From assembly GCF_964355755.1 (NCBI RefSeq), contig NC_092673.1:6324001-6388000 (forward strand): a stretch of DNA of 64,000 nt, given 5' to 3'. Below the pieces are notes generated by a model, which searched no databases, had not been told where the DNA came from, and worked only from the letters and a program-made list of their open reading frames with translations. The DNA is from Antedon mediterranea (lineage: Eukaryota; Animalia; Echinodermata). Below are positions 25,001 through 37,105 of the stretch, in pieces (the stretch's first letter is position 1; each line of letters starts with the position of its first letter). A program made the translations under genes and the position numbers.

Positions 25001-26486
25001 TACAGACATTTTTTTTGTTAAAAAATAACTTTGACTTCCAGTCATCAAAGTTTTCGATCAAAACATATCTCATAATGCAACGCGCTTGTTTGGCTACTCT
25101 GTATGCATAATCATAAAACTTTCTCGAAATCTGTGTGAAAACACCTTCTCAACCATAAGGAGTTGTAAACAATCCTAATTAGCATCATTCATAATGCATA
25201 CTCGTGGTTTGAAATCTTTGTTTACTTTTGCTCGCGACGATTTTCCAGATGAAATGTAATCAAATTAAATTACCTTTTAATTACGTAAACTGGTTGGTTT
25301 TGGCTCGAATTTTTGACTTAAAGTGAATATCTCTATGGTTTGATATGGCCAATTTAAATTTTATTTTTTGTGTTTCAAGGGACAATACATCTTTAACTAA
25401 ATGCTTATCATGGACGTATCGTGAAAATTAATGGGCAGAGGTCGAAACGGAAAGGAAAGAAAATGTTTATTAGAATTTTCTTTTTTTTCAAATAAACTGA
25501 TGAATATACAAATTAAGTAAAAATATATAGAACATACACTATGCCTACTTTCCAGACCGGTAAGTCAACATTTTGGTATGCGTTCATACAATCATTAACC
25601 TTTCAGATTTATTATTATTTATTAATACATTAGTTTCTTTAATTTTTCTTTATTGGATACGGTTATGTTCTCTAAACTAAATTAGGAATTAATCAATGAA
25701 GAGTTTACTCTTCCCCGGATCATTTATAGGCGATAAACGTATATATTTGCACCCAAAATCAGAGATGCCACGTTAAAATCGCCTGTGATATGTTCTTGTC
25801 AACAACCACCAAATTTATTTATATTTTATTAAAATGCATATATTTTTTTTATAGCCGAGTGTATAGCAATCCTGAATGCGTGGCGCCAGAAATTTATTGG
25901 TATTAATTGGTACACATTCAAGAAGATTTATACTGTCAATGCAGTGATAAAAAAATATATATTGTAAGAAATTTCAATAAAAAACGAACACTTTTCTTAA
26001 CATCTTTTCTTAAAGTATAAACAACATGAGAGACAACAGTAGTCTCGTTCACATGTCTCCCTGATTGTGAGCCACACTTGACCAATGGATAATTGGTCTG
26101 TTAAAAGAAAGTAAAATGTGAAGCAGTGGGTGTACAGTACCTTAAAAGTCATTAGCAGATGTTAAATAACAGGTCATTGTAGCAAATTATCTTAGGCTTT
26201 ATTATTTACTATGTTTGGTTACTCTCTTTTTAGATATTGATGAATCTGAAGAAGAAATGTCAAGGACTTTAATCCGGGGATTTTTTAGGCATTGGAAAGC
26301 AGGTATATTTGAGTATAAAAAGTAAGTTGCGTATGAAAATTATAATTAAAAAAGTAAAGTTAATTTAAATTTTAATTTTGAGCATGGTTCACTGATAATA
26401 TTTTGTAAACATACTATATTCTTGATGTTTCACTGAAACTCATGTTTGTTTCAGCTGCTCCAGGAACTAGTAAACAGAGGATGTAA
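22094..26486 (+). CDS. 8-exon gene for a divergent NRF1/EWG/P3A2-like DNA-binding-domain protein (165 aa), copy 1
   Basis: Manual GT-AG model: 22094-22129, 22458-22521, 22770-22841, 23852-23932, 24748-24846, 25855-25899, 26234-26302, 26455-26486 (498 nt, phases consistent). Protein: MSAIAHKRLLQR VKKYKINIVVVSMRNNNLHWDG TESAVKKLQAIIEDALKEEKRVT ENITNKPIEAHSVKDLRSRITKLAKKE GYGRCQPFWGKEKNRPEWWPANQRFCSPRTFTK AECIAILNAWRQKFI DIDESEEEMSRTLIRGFFRHWKA AAPGTSKQRM. By eye this aligns with NRF1 PVSVDKMTQAQLRAFIPEMLKYSTGRGKPGWGKESCKPIWWP (recalled). First and last exons are less certain. Confidence 0.72.
22905..23760 (+). pseudogene. Degraded LINE RT fragment in an intron (paralog at ~51950-53040)
   Basis: NYRPVSILPVLSKILERAM, YGFRAKHST and DLSKAFDVMNHDILL..HYGIRG, with stops and deletions. 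Copy 2 retains segments deleted in copy 1. Confidence 0.85.
24881..25392. mobile_element. Kolobok-like MITE in an intron (paralog at 54165-54672)
   Basis: TTAA|AGATGTATTGTCCC...GGGACAATACATCT|TTAA: 14-bp perfect TIR, TTAA TSD and AG terminus. Confidence 0.8.
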
Positions 26487-26617
26487 GTATATGAATATAC
26501 AGTATAGAATATAAAGAGTAATTTTAATGTTACGTGATGAAAACAGTAATTAACAAATGGAAGAGAGTGGTGAATGTAGTCCATTACATTCTTTTGACTT
26601 TTTTTTTTAATTCAAAG

Positions 26618-26690
26618 GTGAATAAATTTGCGAAGCATAACATTCCGGTAGTGATAGTTTCCTTGTATAACATCCAACTACATTGGGGTG
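26618..26690 (+). pseudogene. Diverged extra copy of NRF1-like exon 2 with flanking intron (paralog at 55897-55969)
   Basis: Encodes VNKFAKHNIPVVIVSLYNIQLHWG with the same aag|...|gtaagt borders. The downstream intron matches 22522-22762 until it is replaced by the 98-bp array. Confidence 0.75.
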
Positions 26691-26938
26691 GTAAGTGTAT
26701 ATTAATGTAATAGTTTACATATTTGAAATAAAGTATTAAGAAGTTAAAATGAATGTTAGGCCTACATTCTTTCGTTTAACGGATGTTTTCTCCTGCAATT
26801 TAGTGTCAATATATCTATCTTTAATAAGTGAGATTAAGTACTGTTCCATTTCCAACGATTAAGAAAAAACATCAACAAATATTACAATATAAGGTTCGAT
26901 GTTAAGAGGTACAAGACATTAAACGGTTTTGTGTTTTT

Positions 26939-27420
26939 GATATAAGCAGTGAGTTAGGCAGATCATAAGTCAGCTCTCCTTAATTGCCTAAGTCACATAG
27001 CTGACTTAGGCAGAAACACAAAAAATATAGTATATTGATATAAGCAGTGAGTTAGGCAGATCATAAGTCAGCTCTCCTTAATTGCCTAAGTCACATAGCT
27101 GACTTAGGCAGAAACACAAAAAATATAGTATATTGATATAAGCAGTGAGTTAGGCAGATCATAAGCCAGCTCTCCTTAATTGCCTAAGTCACATAGCTGA
27201 CTTAGGCAGAAACACATAAAATATAGTATATTGATATAAGCAGAATTAGGCAGATCATAAGTCATCTCTCCTTAATTGCCTAAGTCACTCAGCTGACTTA
27301 GGCAGAAACACAAAAAATATAGTATATTGATATAAGCAGAGAGTTAGGCAGAAAAACAAAAACAAAATTATGACTTAGACAGTATAATGATATAAGCAGT
27401 GAGTTAGGCAGATCATAATA
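26939..27420. repeat. 98-bp tandem repeat with internal hairpin (paralog at ~62532-63010)
   Basis: Units start at 26939, 27037, 27135 and onward. Each contains GCCTAAGTCA-CATAGC-TGACTTAGGC. Confidence 0.92.
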
Positions 27421-27449
27421 AATAAATAATAATAAATAAATCATAAATA

Positions 27450-29760
27450 AGCTTATAACACAATATATGCTCATATATAGCAATATTATTGCATAATAAC
27501 AGTATTTAAAAAAGTGCGTATTTTGGCCATTTTTCGAAAAAATCCCTTACTATAGTAGGCCTACAGAGATTTTTTTCAAAAAATGGCCATATTTCGACTT
27601 TTTTATTTTTTGACATAAATGGTTACTATACATCTATAAGATGCTTATAACACAATATATGCACATATATAGCAATATTATTGCATAATAACAGTATTTA
27701 AAAAAGTGCGTATTTTGGCCATTTTTCGAAAAAATCCCTTACTATACAGTACAGGGATTTTTTCGAAAAATTGCCAAAATACGCACTTTTTTTTTTTATC
27801 AACTAATCATTTGTGTTGGTATTAATTAACAGTATTGATAAAAAAATATATAAAATTATGAAGAAGATATTAACTGATATCAATACTTGTGATACTGATA
27901 TATTGATATTAATAATATATCTTAGCCAAGGATTTTTCTTTAACATATAATTTTAAATTTTTAAGTGAAATTTTTATTTTTGGTTCCGATCTTCTTTCGA
28001 ATTGTGAAAATGCTTTATTATTTTATTATGTACAACAATTTCTTGTTAATTCTGGAAGATTTGATTGATGTTTCTGTTAGTTGTTTTAAAATGTTATATT
28101 TGTTAATCTGAGGCGCCTTGAAGCTAAGGTGGTTCCATCTTTTAAGGCGCCTCTGTGTAATGTACTGAATAAAAAGAAAAAATATATATATATATATATA
28201 TATATTGATTAATTGTATTGGTTTTAATATATCGATTAATTGTATTGGTATTAATATATCGATTAATTGTATTGTTATTAATATATCGATTAATTGTATT
28301 GGTATTAAGATATCGATTAATTGTATTGGTATTAATATATCGATTAATTGTATTGGTATTAATATATCGATTAATTGTATTGGTATTAAGATATCGATTA
28401 ATTGTATTGGTATTAATATATCGAATAATTTTATTGGTATCAATATATCTATATCGTTCTCGTTTTTAGGACCTCATGCATATCAGCTTTTCAATCACCC
28501 TCATTATACAAAGTTTAATAAATTATATACAACTTATTATATTAACTTTTAGCATTGTCAGTTTTCATTAATTTGCCTTTAGCTGGATCGTAATTGTAAA
28601 AATAAAATAAAGAAAAAGCTAAAACAAAACGACAAAAGTAAAACAGCCATGGTTTAGACACAGAGCTAAAGATTGAGCATTCTCCATGTTTACACGATTA
28701 ACACAATATCGGCATTGGTGCAATAAGATTATTGTCAATAATGTGCTCTATGGGAAATCTTTCAGTTGCAGATTATCAAATGATCCACGCGCTAGACAAG
28801 GATGTGTGTACACCGGTGCCATACGCGCTATCCTTATCAATGTATTAACCAATATAATCTAATGATAGTTTATCTATGGTTTATTGAAGGCACCAATGTA
28901 CTTGTAATACATCTTCCGTAATAATTGTACAAGTATACTATGTCCCTTTAACAGCTGCTGCTTGTGTACCTCTATTATTACAATTAGTAGATAGTAACTA
29001 ATTTCGAAGTGTACTAAAAAGTATAGTTGTTCGACCAATTTATTTTTTTACATGCCGTGCATGTTATTTCCTGATCAATACAGTTTGAAAAATCGATATT
29101 GTGATCATTTAAAAAAACTGTAGGCCTGCCTATAGTAAGGGATTTTATTTTTAAAAACATGGTCAAATTTCGACCCTTTTTATTTTTTGACATAACGCAA
29201 GATAATATTATCAGATTTATATATATTTGTATTTCTGACATAACTGATTATTTTTTCTGTGACATGCGCAGAATGACATCATGTGTTCAGAGAAATGTTA
29301 AACTTTGACCCTGACATAACTAGTTAAATTACTATGATGATACACACTATATACACATGGCAATATTACCGCATAATAATTGAAGTCGATATTTTGTCAA
29401 TTTTTTTATAAAAAAATATTCTTTTCAAAGTAGATCCTCACTATTTTGCTTAAATCCAGTTTTTCGAAAAAATCCCTGCACTATAGTACAGGGATTTCGA
29501 CCATGAGTAGAATCACGCTATGTAGTCAAACGTATTTGGAAAAGTCGATGTTTTGGTCATTTTTATAAAAAAAAATCTCTGTACTATATAGGCCTACATG
29601 GATTTTTTCGAAAAATGGGCAAAATACGCACTTTTTAAAATACTGTTATTATGCAATAATATTGCTATATATGTGCATATATTGCGTTATAAGTATCTTA
29701 TAGACGTATAGTAACCATTTATGTAAAAAAATAAAAATAATAAAAAAATCCCTGTTATAC
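27450..29760. repeat. Inverted-repeat family with hairpin core upstream of univin
   Basis: The block ATATAGCAATATTATTGCATAATAACAGTATTT...AAAATCCCT occurs twice in direct orientation (~27450-27790) and in reverse complement at ~29580-29740. Hairpin core resembles AAATCCCTGTACTATAGTACAGGGATTT. Confidence 0.75.
28205..28445. repeat. 27-bp minisatellite following a (TA)n tract
   Basis: About 8-9 copies of ATTAATTGTATTGGTATTAATATATCG. The ORFs here are artefacts. Confidence 0.95.
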
Positions 29761-29885
29761 TATACTAATCCATGTAATATATAGCGTGTGCAGAATTAAC
29801 GTTTTGTTTTATAGGATACACACATTTTTTACAAATTTTTACAAAGGGGATGAACATATCAGACAATACTGTAATAATCGTTCTG

Positions 29886-29942
29886 TAATTGGCCGATACA
29901 GATGAGTAGCATGATGAGTCAGCCAATCAGGGGGTCCAATTA
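29886..29942 (+). promoter_or_regulatory. Candidate proximal regulatory cluster of the univin-like gene
   Basis: ATTGG (29888), TGAGTCA AP-1-type site (29915), CCAAT (29923 and 29936), about 340 bp upstream of the ATG. Motif match only. Confidence 0.3.
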
Positions 29943-30275
29943 TTGCGACTAGACAGACGATCTCAACATCTTTCAGACAGGAGTAAAAAAAGCATTTCCG
30001 ACTGAAAGTTCATCTGGCATTAACATACTGACCCACCACGAAGTAAGCTATTTATTTGCGTTCAAACTATTGCTAAGTCGCATGACAACATACAGGGCGC
30101 AGATGTAAGTGGTTTATTCATTCGAAAACGTCACATAAACTTTGAAAAGCAGTTTTAAAGCAAAGCTTTGCAAGTTGTCCCGCGTGGAGGAGAAAAGTAA
30201 ATTTGTGGCGCCAAGTTTTACCCCGAGGGTGGTGTAGCTCACTCACTTGACGGTGATTTACTGACAACTGACAAA

Positions 30276-32240
30276 ATGAGGGTTTGTTTACCTGCTGTAC
30301 AATGGTTGGTGTTAATCTTCATTGTTTTTTTATTGGAAGTTGTTGATGGAGAGACAAAGAATTGGGACAATAGCATGGAAAGTCGAATCCTTCGCTTCTT
30401 TGGTTTGACACAGAAACCAAAGATTGGGGTAAACGCTACGGCTCCTCGCTATATGATTGATATGTACAGAAGAATGGAAGAACAGCACCAACACAACATC
30501 TTCACGACTAGTAGCAGATGTGGATTCGATGACAATGATATTCCGGGCAACACAGTTAGAAGTTTGCAAAATACAGGTATGTCGACTATACATTAGAAAA
30601 GATACCTCATAGCCGATACGTACACACAAAATAGTCTTCCATGGTAAGGAACGACAAATGTACTTGTATAGATGTACTAGGCTACTAGGTCACGATTGAA
30701 CGAAAAACGAATATAGTTTCTACCTACAGTATATTTCGTTGAACGAAAAACGACTAGTTTTGGTATAGGAGCAAGTGGATAACACAATTATTCACCTATC
30801 TATACTCGCTTTAGACGATGTAAAGTAACATAGACTTTAAAAGGCGGATACCTTTTCTTTATATTAATATTTTTTGTGAAATAACTTGGATCGCAATGAA
30901 TAATGGTAGTTGACAGACTACTTGTTGCAGTACGGGTGATAAAACCTAAATACCAGCGAAAGTATTTTAACTAATTTTTATATAATTTCTACGTGTTTGT
31001 ATGTAAATATCTCGCAGTGAGATGGTTGTATATCATTGTAATGGCTTGAAAACAATCATTCTTTAGTGCCCAGCCATTTTACAGAAAATTTTCGACCACC
31101 ACGGCTTCTGCGTAACTGCCTATAAACCCAATGTAATACCGTAATAAATTATAAAGATCTATAGTAAGCATACGTTGCTGATACTGATATTTGACATTTA
31201 AGAAAATAAATCAAAAAAATCACCTTATTATTTTGTACCTTTTGCTTCTGATGGCCGTCATTTATTGCGCGCTATACGCATACCGTACGCGTTGGTCTAT
31301 CAATTCAGACCTTTGCAATAAAGTGAATAAAGATATAAAGTATGTAGACATAGTAATACTAATTATTAACTTATATTTTTATTAATTAATATAGTGTATT
31401 ATCATCATTTTATTGACAGGTCTGAGCATGCGTAAATCAAGCACCGGAAGTGGCCGTTACCATCAGTTACTTTCCTTCAACCTGTCAACAATCCCAGAGA
31501 CCGAAAGTATAACAAAAGCTGAAATCAATTTCGGAATTTTTGAGAACCGAGATGAGGCAAACAATAGACACACGGCAGTTCAAGTTTCTCTTTACCAATT
31601 ACTTAAACAAAATAAATTTAATGAAAACAATCTTCTTGACGATCAACCAATTTTAGAGTTTCATTCGTTGCATAACTTTACATCCGAATTTGACGAATAC
31701 GCAGTCATTGATATTCTAGACCTTGTCGAGAAATTTCGCTCGCAATCGATGAAGAATCTTCAACTATACGTTGCTTTTCAATTTAGCGGTAATTCGTTAG
31801 AAAGCGAACGGGATCTGCTCTCTAGTCAAACGTCGCTAATCGTCGTGTCAATAGACCATAGCCAGTGCAAGAGTCGGATCCGGCGTGACGCAGAACCCGC
31901 AGACGTCCACAACAACAATCCTAACATCTGTAAAAGAAATCGACTACTCGTGAATTTCAAAGACGTAGGATGGGATGATTGGATTATCGCACCGATGACG
32001 TATCAAGCGTATTATTGTGCTGGGGAATGCCCCTTCCCAATGAACGAAAGACTTAACACAACAAACCACGCTATAATGCAGACTCTGGTCGTGTCATTAG
32101 ACAAATCGGCCGCACCTCCCGTCTGTTGTTGTACACCGACAAACTTATCACCGATTTCGATGTTGTATTTTGATACAAATGACAATGTTGTTCTTCGCCA
32201 GTACGAGGATATGGTGGTACAAGACTGCGGATGTAGGTAG
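30276..32240 (+). CDS. univin: TGF-beta/BMP-family ligand, univin (Vg1/GDF1/3-like), 373 aa, 2 coding exons
   Basis: Exons 30276-30576 (ACAG|gtatgt) and 31420-32240 (tgacag|GT), 1122 nt in frame. Signal peptide, prodomain ([28 protein letters not shown]) and RIRR furin site. Mature domain [36 protein letters not shown]...[17 protein letters not shown] matches recalled sea-urchin univin ([28 protein letters not shown]) better than BMP2/4. Confidence 0.9.
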
Positions 32241-33157
32241 ACATTCCAACATGTACTGTTTACACAGTTCTCCAGATGATATGTTTATTTTAGTCAAATT
32301 AAATACACAAATATAACGGTATAATAAACGCAAAAACACGCTAAAATTGCTAAAAATAGGTAGCTTACTTGATACTATTGTTTACTCGTTGCAAACAACG
32401 TATGATGGGACTTGTTGAGAATATATAAATACTGCATTCCATTGTGGTCAAATCAGAATTATTATAGTATTTGAACAAATAGATAAGTGAGGGGAGGGGG
32501 GCGGGTGACGTAAGAAGGAAAACAATAAATAGAATGGCAACATGGAATAAAGCGAAACCACGGTAAAATAAAGGACAGAACGGCTTGTATAGAAAAAAAG
32601 GTACTAAAAACATATCATGCAATAGCAGGGTTTGATTCTGACCAAATGAACAGCACACTATATTCTCTCGTAACATCGGATGTTACCTCCAGACATATTT
32701 AATCCTAAATAGCACAAATCAAACCAATTTAGACAGCAATATTGCAGAATAGTACCGACTGAGTAATAATCCAATGTTAATCCTACAGGCATAGCAAAAG
32801 AGTTTCTTTAACATGTAAAAGATTGAATGTACAGTTCACTGTTACCTGAGGCCTTGTACTTTATAATCGACTTTTTAGTATTAAGCACACTTAGTGCATT
32901 CTGTTATTTCTATAGGCTCATTTTCTTGTCTAGTCGACCATTCAATATTATTCAATATCACATTCATGACTTAATTAACGGAACATCGCCAATTTAATTG
33001 TTTCTTTGTTCCTCACCTTGTGTGAGTGATGTGCAATATATTATTCGTACAATAAAGGGCCGGGGGTAGCGTTGAATGTTTTTGGACCAAATTAGGATTC
33101 GTGGTTTTGCGTGACGTAAGGGTCAGAGCGTGGATACGCCTGCGTATTTAGCGCGCT

Positions 33158-33980
33158 AAAGCTTAGTTCTCTCGCAAATGAATTGACCAATCACAAGCGA
33201 ACACAATTAGGATAAGCCATCGTGTCGTGATTGGTCAACTCATTTGCGTTGCGCTTACGTATTTAGTACAGTACCGAATGAGAAATTATTTATTGTACGG
33301 TATTATTGACGCTAGAAAGTATGTCCTACGTTTTGGACCAATACTGATTTTTTTATTTAAATATATTGTTTATGTTTATCTTTTAGAACCGATAAGTTTG
33401 CATAAAACACGACAGTACGTGTGTATCTCCAACCAGGAGTATAACTTGGTACGGTGCATGATAACAAGTGAATGTTATTTGTTTGATGTATTTGGTATGT
33501 GTTCGATACAAGTGACGTCATAATGATCATTAATTAATCTAATTAATAATTAAGGAAATCGCGTTTGCTAACAAAATGTAAACATTTTTATATGGAGAAA
33601 ATAATTATTTAAATAAAATGCTTGAGTGAACTTTCGTATACAATTTCTTTGGTTTTTTCCCGCCAATTTTGTAAACAATTATTTTATTTCATAATAACAA
33701 CCCTGTGTTCAGGAATCACAGCACAATTTCTTTGTTTTAGTCTAAAAGGGTCAAACCAATTTGATAGTGTAGCTTTAAGGGCTCAAATAGGATTTGAATC
33801 AACAGATCAATCGTCGTCGCAGTTACTCTTGGTTACACTCAAAGGATGCAAAGGTGTACGTACACGCAATGCAGGCAATTTAACCAATCAGCAGCATTTC
33901 GGATAGTCATTCGCTTCGGATTGGTCAAATTGCCTGCATTATTGTGTGTACGGCATTACGTCATTGCGGCAACCAAGCTT
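33158..33980. repeat. Two short palindromic MITE-like hairpins
   Basis: 33173-33250: GCAAATGAATTGACCAATCAC...GTGATTGGTCAACTCATTTGC. 33830-33980: TGCAGGCAATTTAACCAATC...GATTGGTCAAATTGCCTGCA. Confidence 0.6.
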
Positions 33981-36129
33981 TGAGGGTAACGGTGTATCCT
34001 ATAGTGGGAACTACGTTTTATCATCGTCAACACAATCGTTCTCTATCAGCATTTTCATCTATTTTCGTCATCTTCCTCATTTAACTTCCTTCATCCTGCT
34101 CGTCATCAGCACCCACGTGACAATCGTCATCAATCATCGTTACCACTATTTTCATCAGCATCATAATCATTATCATCATCGTTATCTACAACATCAACGA
34201 ACATCCGACACAATTGGTCACACTGACCTCTCATTTCATTTTTTTACATACTGCAGTGAACCAGACTACTGACGTCATCAACTCATACATCAAACTTTAA
34301 AGTTAAAAACGGGCATGAACCGGTAGCAACCTAGCGAGCTATCAATTCTCTTAATGAATCACTGCTGCGTCCTCTCCATGTTAACAGTGGTTTTCGAGAT
34401 GTTAACAGTAGGCCTACGTCCGAGTTCAAGTCTACTTTCGCTATATATTAATTGAAAATATCCTCATTAATGCTCAAATGTTGAATTGTGGTATGACTAT
34501 TAAACGTGTGGCTTGCTGACTTAAACAAACACATAATACACCCGTGACATGTTTTGATTAATTGTACCAGTAATTGTGCCATGGGGTGTACAAGTAGGTA
34601 ACGAGTTTCCTTGTAGATGCCTGCCGTAACGCCAAAGAGTTATGTCAACCATGGATTCTTTAATCCATGTGTCAACTTAACAGGTCGTTTAAATAAATGT
34701 GTTGTTCTAATAGCCGGATATACAAACAACAAAATCATCAAAAACCCACACATAAATTATCAGAAAAACATGTTGTATTGCTCATTCGTCGACCTCACAA
34801 ACTGGGATAATTCATGAGCCCACGTTTTAATTATATAACTCTATTTATAAATTTGACTCTCAATTTTGCAATCAATATGCATTATTTTGGCTGCTCAGTG
34901 TCCGCGCAGCATGTACGGCCGGTGTAAGATTTAAATCTGTCCGGTGTTTGAAAGTGTCCACTGGACAATTTTCAGCATTGAATATTGTAATACTAGCTGT
35001 TGAAAATGGCCGCAACCACCCGGGCAGCTTTCATCGATAAAAAAGTAGGACCATCGAGACATCGACATCATATTAACCCCGTAAAAACTAGGGCACTGGA
35101 CGTTCACCAACTCCCGTTAGGGTAATTATAATTCCTTAGAATACCAACTTGAATCGCAAAATATCAAGTGGATTGAAATAAATATTACTATTATTATATC
35201 TGGAGACATATAGTCTAATCAAATTAAATTGTTTGTTTTTGATTGAGTATATACAACCTGTTGTCAATTTGAAGTAAATCGACAACTTGAAAAATATATA
35301 GCCTACTGTATTATTATTTCGAGGGAATGAATATCACTAAATCATATAGGCATAGGGCCTACCTATTTCGTTATCTCGAAATATTATTTCATTCGAAATT
35401 CGAATTACTACTTCGCGAGAGAACGAAATAATTTCCCTCGAAATTATTTCGTTCTCTCGATCATCATCATCATCATCATCATCATTCCTTGTCTCGAAGT
35501 AGTAATTCGTTTTTTATATTATTCAGTTCTTGAAATCTTATTTTGTTCTCCCTAAATATATTCGTTCCCTCAAAATATTTTTCAGTTCTCAAAATATTAT
35601 TTTGTAATATTCATAATACTGCTACTAATTTAATAATATCAACTGATAACAAAAGTTCTTTAAACAAGTAAGTTCGTCATTGTTAAAGTCAGTTCTTTTT
35701 CATTATATTTTTTTCACAGATGCCTGATTTTTGTTTTTATTTAATAAAACATTGAATTGGTTAGTCACAATATTTGCTTTGTTTCTATAGACTTTACATT
35801 ATTTATTTATTTATCTAAAATACATTTGAAAAATATTGTTGATGCATATTACCAAAAAATATTTGTTTTTTATATTTTATATGGCAAAATAAACACCTTA
35901 ATTGCGCATCATAATTATTCGTTCACTCAAGGGTATTTCGGTTTTTTGTTTTTTTCGAATATTAGGGTATTTCGTTCCCAATACAAACAGTCCAATACCG
36001 TTATACATCAAATTCATAGAATAATGGCTTATATTGAAATGAAGCGTTTAAAACGTCTTTGCCACAATGTCTGTACATGCAGCTGAGTTTAAAAAATCGC
36101 GGTTGTATTTTTGTTTTATATGGACATAT

Positions 36130-37105
36130 AAACATAGAAACCACCAGCTAATACCAGAAATACCAACAGCTTATGTATCAATTTTTAAAATCAACACCAG
36201 CTAATTTAGAACGGTCAGCAGATAATGTAGTAACGAAAATTGCCTCACAGCTAATGTTGAAAATATTGTATAATTTAAAAACCTGTCTACATCATGTGAA
36301 AATGCATTTCTTTACTTACCGGTAGCTATCCATCTATCCACGTCTCGTAAGTGACCAACCAACAACCACTTCTAGTAAGTAACCACCTCTATTGAACGAC
36401 CACCGTCTCTGATAATCGCCCACCATCTCTTAACGACCACACCACTCGTCAAGGACGAGCTATTTTAAAGGACCACCACCTCGGCTTCTCATAATCAACC
36501 TCATGACGGACTACCTCTCTTAACGACCACGCCTAAAGTGTCGACCTCTCTATAAAAAAAAACGTCCACCTCTCCACTGGGACCACTTCTCATAATCGAC
36601 TACCATCCGTAACGACCACCTTTCGCAAATTACCACCTCTATTGAGGTGGTCACTTACGGGAGGTGTAGTCGGTAAAAGAAGTGGTCGTCTACGAGCGGT
36701 GGTAGTTTATGAAAAGCAGTCCCTTATGAGAGGAGGTTACCCCTTCAGGAAGTTGTCCATTGTGAGAAGCGGTCCTTTAACAGAGGTAGTCCCTTTTAAA
36801 TATTAAAGGTGGTCGCTAACAAGGGTAGTTGCTTACGATCAGAGTGTTACGTTTTGAAAGCCGATCACTTACGAGAGGTGGATAGACTGACAGCTAAACT
36901 AAGTAGAGAAATACATTTGCACATGATTTAGACATTTAGGTTTGTAAAATATATAATTATTATTTTATTAGCTGGCGATATTAACTACATCAGCTGTGAG
37001 GCAATTTTCGTTACTTCATTACCTGTTAAGTTGTATATTAGCTAATGTTGATTTTTATTTAATAAATAACTGTTGGTGTTTCTACATTAGCTAGTTCTAG
37101 GTTTT
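36130..37105. mobile_element. ~1-kb foldback element with GACCACCTCT repeat arrays
   Basis: Left arm (...GTAACGAAAATTGCCTCACAGCT..., AACGACCACC repeats) is mirrored by the right arm (GGTGGTCG repeats, ...AGCTGTGAGGCAATTTTCGTTAC...). Symmetry axis near 36640. Confidence 0.8.

Noticed and set aside
25531-25565. Extra micro-exon in the NRF1-like gene (ttccag|ACCG|gtaagt)
   Set aside because: The 4-nt and 29-nt versions both break the frame, and the flanking exons join in phase without it.
30276-32240. bmp2/4 (dpp) ortholog
   Set aside because: Lacks the BMP2/4-typical basic stretch before the first Cys and the LKNYQ.MVV motif. LRQYEDMVV and ERLN.TNHA point to univin/Vg1. A phylogeny is still needed.
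33946-34272. His-rich 108-aa ORF
   Set aside because: Derived from (CAT)n-like low-complexity sequence, with no ATG start or recognisable domain.
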